NCBI RefSeq assembly: GCF_011386835.1
Contig: NC_088796.1
Span: 84,320,001 to 84,384,000 of the forward strand
Reading direction: 5' to 3'
DNA from: Chrysemys picta bellii
Lineage: Eukaryota
Length of the DNA stretch: 64,000 bases
A model generated the notes under the pieces. It was not told the origin of the DNA. It did not search any database and saw only the letters and a list, made by a program, of their open reading frames with translations. Numbering within the stretch: the first letter of the stretch is position 1; each line of letters opens with the position of its first letter. The translations under genes were made by a program, and so were the position numbers. Shown one piece after another: positions 63,701 to 64,000 of the stretch.

Positions 63701-64000
63701 GTACCAAACACTGTTTATTACCTGTTCTAGAAACAATCCTCTCACCAATCATTGAGATAGGGAGTAAACCTATGCATTTCTCTTTCTGAGATGTGCCACT
63801 ACCGTAGCCAGACATTTCATGAAAGTTCTTGGGGCTGACTACTCAAAAGGCATCACTCTAATGATAATTTGTGTTGCCCGCTACAAAAAATACAAGCATT
63901 TCCTGTGTTCTGGACGGATTAAAATGTGTTTTGTAGATCAAGAGCTGCAAACCAATCTAGAAGACCTATGAAAGGAAGTATGGAGGGCAGAGTTACCACT
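60760..64000 (-). mobile_element. Third DIRS retrotransposon (RT, MT-like domain, YR), decayed, runs off the window
   Basis: RT remnant ~63720-63930 (HILIRPEHRKCL...VMPF...APRTFMKC...TPYLNDW). MT-like remnant 62561-63016 (DLFATE..KC.AF; LLYTYLPIPLI). YR halves at ~61905-62400 (SMKTTFLIAILSAPRV) and ~60860-61190 (QRISKWV; CRAAAWS). Confidence 0.8.

Overview
Vertebrate genomic DNA, very probably a turtle (inferred from the repeat families as I recall them and from protein similarity; no database search was run). Two minus-strand genes lie in tandem. NXNL2/RdCVF2 is complete: 2 exons (11666-11365 and 2080-1912, 156 aa) with a CpG-island promoter. SPIN1 is present as its last three coding exons (53049-52796, 51590-51357, 44478-44279) plus a probable ~4 kb 3' UTR; its upstream exons were not found and probably lie beyond base 64000. 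The rest is transposon-rich: hAT elements with intact 8-bp TSDs, Harbinger and Tigger MITEs, Penelope-like retroelements with hammerhead-ribozyme motifs, three decayed DIRS tyrosine-recombinase retrotransposons, CR1 fragments, solo LTRs, MIR-like SINEs and an LF-SINE. I see no clearly new multi-gene system. The best leads are a near-intact hammerhead motif, a ribozyme relic plus poly(A) signal in NXNL2 intron 1, an intact CXXC and a built-in short isoform of NXNL2, a fold-back hAT made of two 3' ends, and a candidate unannotated plus-strand spliced transcript near 29.1 kb. Repeat boundaries without a TSD are approximate.
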